A stretch of 28,063 nt of DNA from an uncultured Mycoplasma sp. (GTDB lineage Bacteria; Bacillota_I; Bacilli_A; RF39; UBA660). The position numbers and the translations under genes were made by a program. Where the stretch lies: assembly GCA_905209745.1 (NCBI GenBank), contig CAJLUG010000001.1, forward strand, positions 1-28,063, given 5' to 3'. Of this stretch, positions 27,131 to 28,063 are shown in pieces. The first letter of the stretch is position 1. Every line of letters starts with the position of its first letter. The notes below the pieces were generated by a model that did no database searches, was not told where the DNA came from, and worked only from the letters and a program-made list of their open reading frames with translations.

Positions 27131-28063
27131 ATGGATTTTAACAAAGTAAATGAAGCTAATAAAGCAGGAGAAAATACTCCTGCTGCTTCTAATATAAATA
27201 CAGATAAACAGGTTATACCCCCCGTAGAGGACGGAGTAGATAAACAGCCTGCTAATACAGTAGGATTTAGAGATGAAAGTCTTGATGAACCTTATACTGA
27301 AAAACGAACTATTACTATTAATTTAGTTACTAATTATTCATTATATCGTAGAGTTAATGATAAAACATTACCTAAACGAATGGATAAGATTGGTAGTTGT
27401 GTTCGTAGTTCTCGTACTCTTTCTTCTAATAAAGGTGAGATTGAATCTTATTTTCCTGCTTTAATTGGTCTTGCTCCTAATAATGAAAACTTTATTTCAC
27501 GGGTTAAGGCTTATCTTAATAATATTAGTGTTTCAATTGATGAACTGGGTAAGACTTTTGATATTTCTTTCTTTTGGAATCGTAAACGAGATTATCTTCG
27601 TTTTAGAGCCGAAGAAGAAACTATTGAAACTGCTTATATGAATAGTGACCGTAAAGGAGTTAAAGAACTTAGAGAAGCTCTTGAGGCTAAGATTACTAAG
27701 TTAAATCTTCTTGAAAGTGAAAAGTATAAATATGGTTATCCTATTGTTCTTGATGATTATCTAATTTATCGTCATTGTTTATTATATAAAGATGTAGCTA
27801 AAGATATTGCTCTTATTAATTCTGACCCATCTATTAGATTTTATTTTAAAGATGACCAAAGAGAAGCTGAGCGTCTTGCTAAACATCGTCAGGAAATTAA
27901 TTCAGCTAAAGGCAATTATGTTAAACTTCTCACGAATAGTGATTTGTTTGATGCTGTATTTATTCAATACTGTGTTGCCAATAATATTAATATTCCTAAC
28001 GGTATGGCTATGGATACTGTCGATAAACAAACTCATCTTGATAAATTTAGTACAAATGAACCT
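27131..28063 (+). CDS. conserved capsid-module protein (partial, runs off the window)
   Basis: Not in the track. MDFNKVNEANKAGENT...YGYPIVLDDYLIYRHCL..., open for 311 codons to the window end. Confidence 0.85.
   Translation, partial: MDFNKVNEANKAGENTPAASNINTDKQVIPPVEDGVDKQPANTVGFRDESLDEPYTEKRTITINLVTNYSLYRRVNDKTLPKRMDKIGSCVRSSRTLSSNKGEIESYFPALIGLAPNNENFISRVKAYLNNISVSIDELGKTFDISFFWNRKRDYLRFRAEEETIETAYMNSDRKGVKELREALEAKITKLNLLESEKYKYGYPIVLDDYLIYRHCLLYKDVAKDIALINSDPSIRFYFKDDQREAERLAKHRQEINSAKGNYVKLLTNSDLFDAVFIQYCVANNINIPNGMAMDTVDKQTHLDKFSTNEP

Larger units (their letters stand above)
1369..27235. repeat. Dispersed GC-rich motif (TYCA)TCCTCYACGGGGRGT, 11 copies
   Basis: Plus: 1369-1383, 9755-9773, 14480-14498, 16558-16576, 18945-18961, 24497-24515. 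Minus: 2930-2948, 7082-7100, 9641-9657, 14362-14380, 27217-27235. Confidence 0.92.

Noticed and set aside
1..28063. Stop-codon reassignment as in some crAss-like clades
   Set aside because: Long genes are intact in the standard code. TGA and TAG end genes at tight junctions (e.g. ATGA overlaps at 1865-1868 and 17645-17648), and no suppressor tRNA was seen.

Overview
AT-rich segment of a crAss-like (Crassvirales, Bacteroidota-infecting) phage genome, standard genetic code, with two divergent blocks. The left block (minus strand, 1-14102) holds replication/recombination genes: RecT-like (partial), degenerate SF2 helicase-like, family B DNA polymerase, degenerate UDG-like, Dda/RecD-like helicase, several hypothetical proteins, SSB and RepL-like. 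The right block (plus strand, 14609-end) holds an HU/IHF-like protein, a PD-(D/E)XK nuclease, a lysis cassette, large terminase, portal, an acidic scaffold-like protein, the major capsid protein and a partial downstream gene. The most striking unexplained signal is at DNA level. A GC-rich motif, TCCTCYACGGGGRGT, occurs 11 times in both orientations, inside and between genes. Three intergenic copies carry a covarying C-GNA-G triloop hairpin with a GNA/GNA internal loop, and two pairs form inverted repeats about 100 bp apart. Other signals: three covarying GUGA-tetraloop hairpins, a 20-bp promoter-like motif upstream of three consecutive genes, a ~700-bp degenerate inverted repeat, and an origin-like region next to repL. 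Protein assignments come from motif recognition by eye, not database searches.
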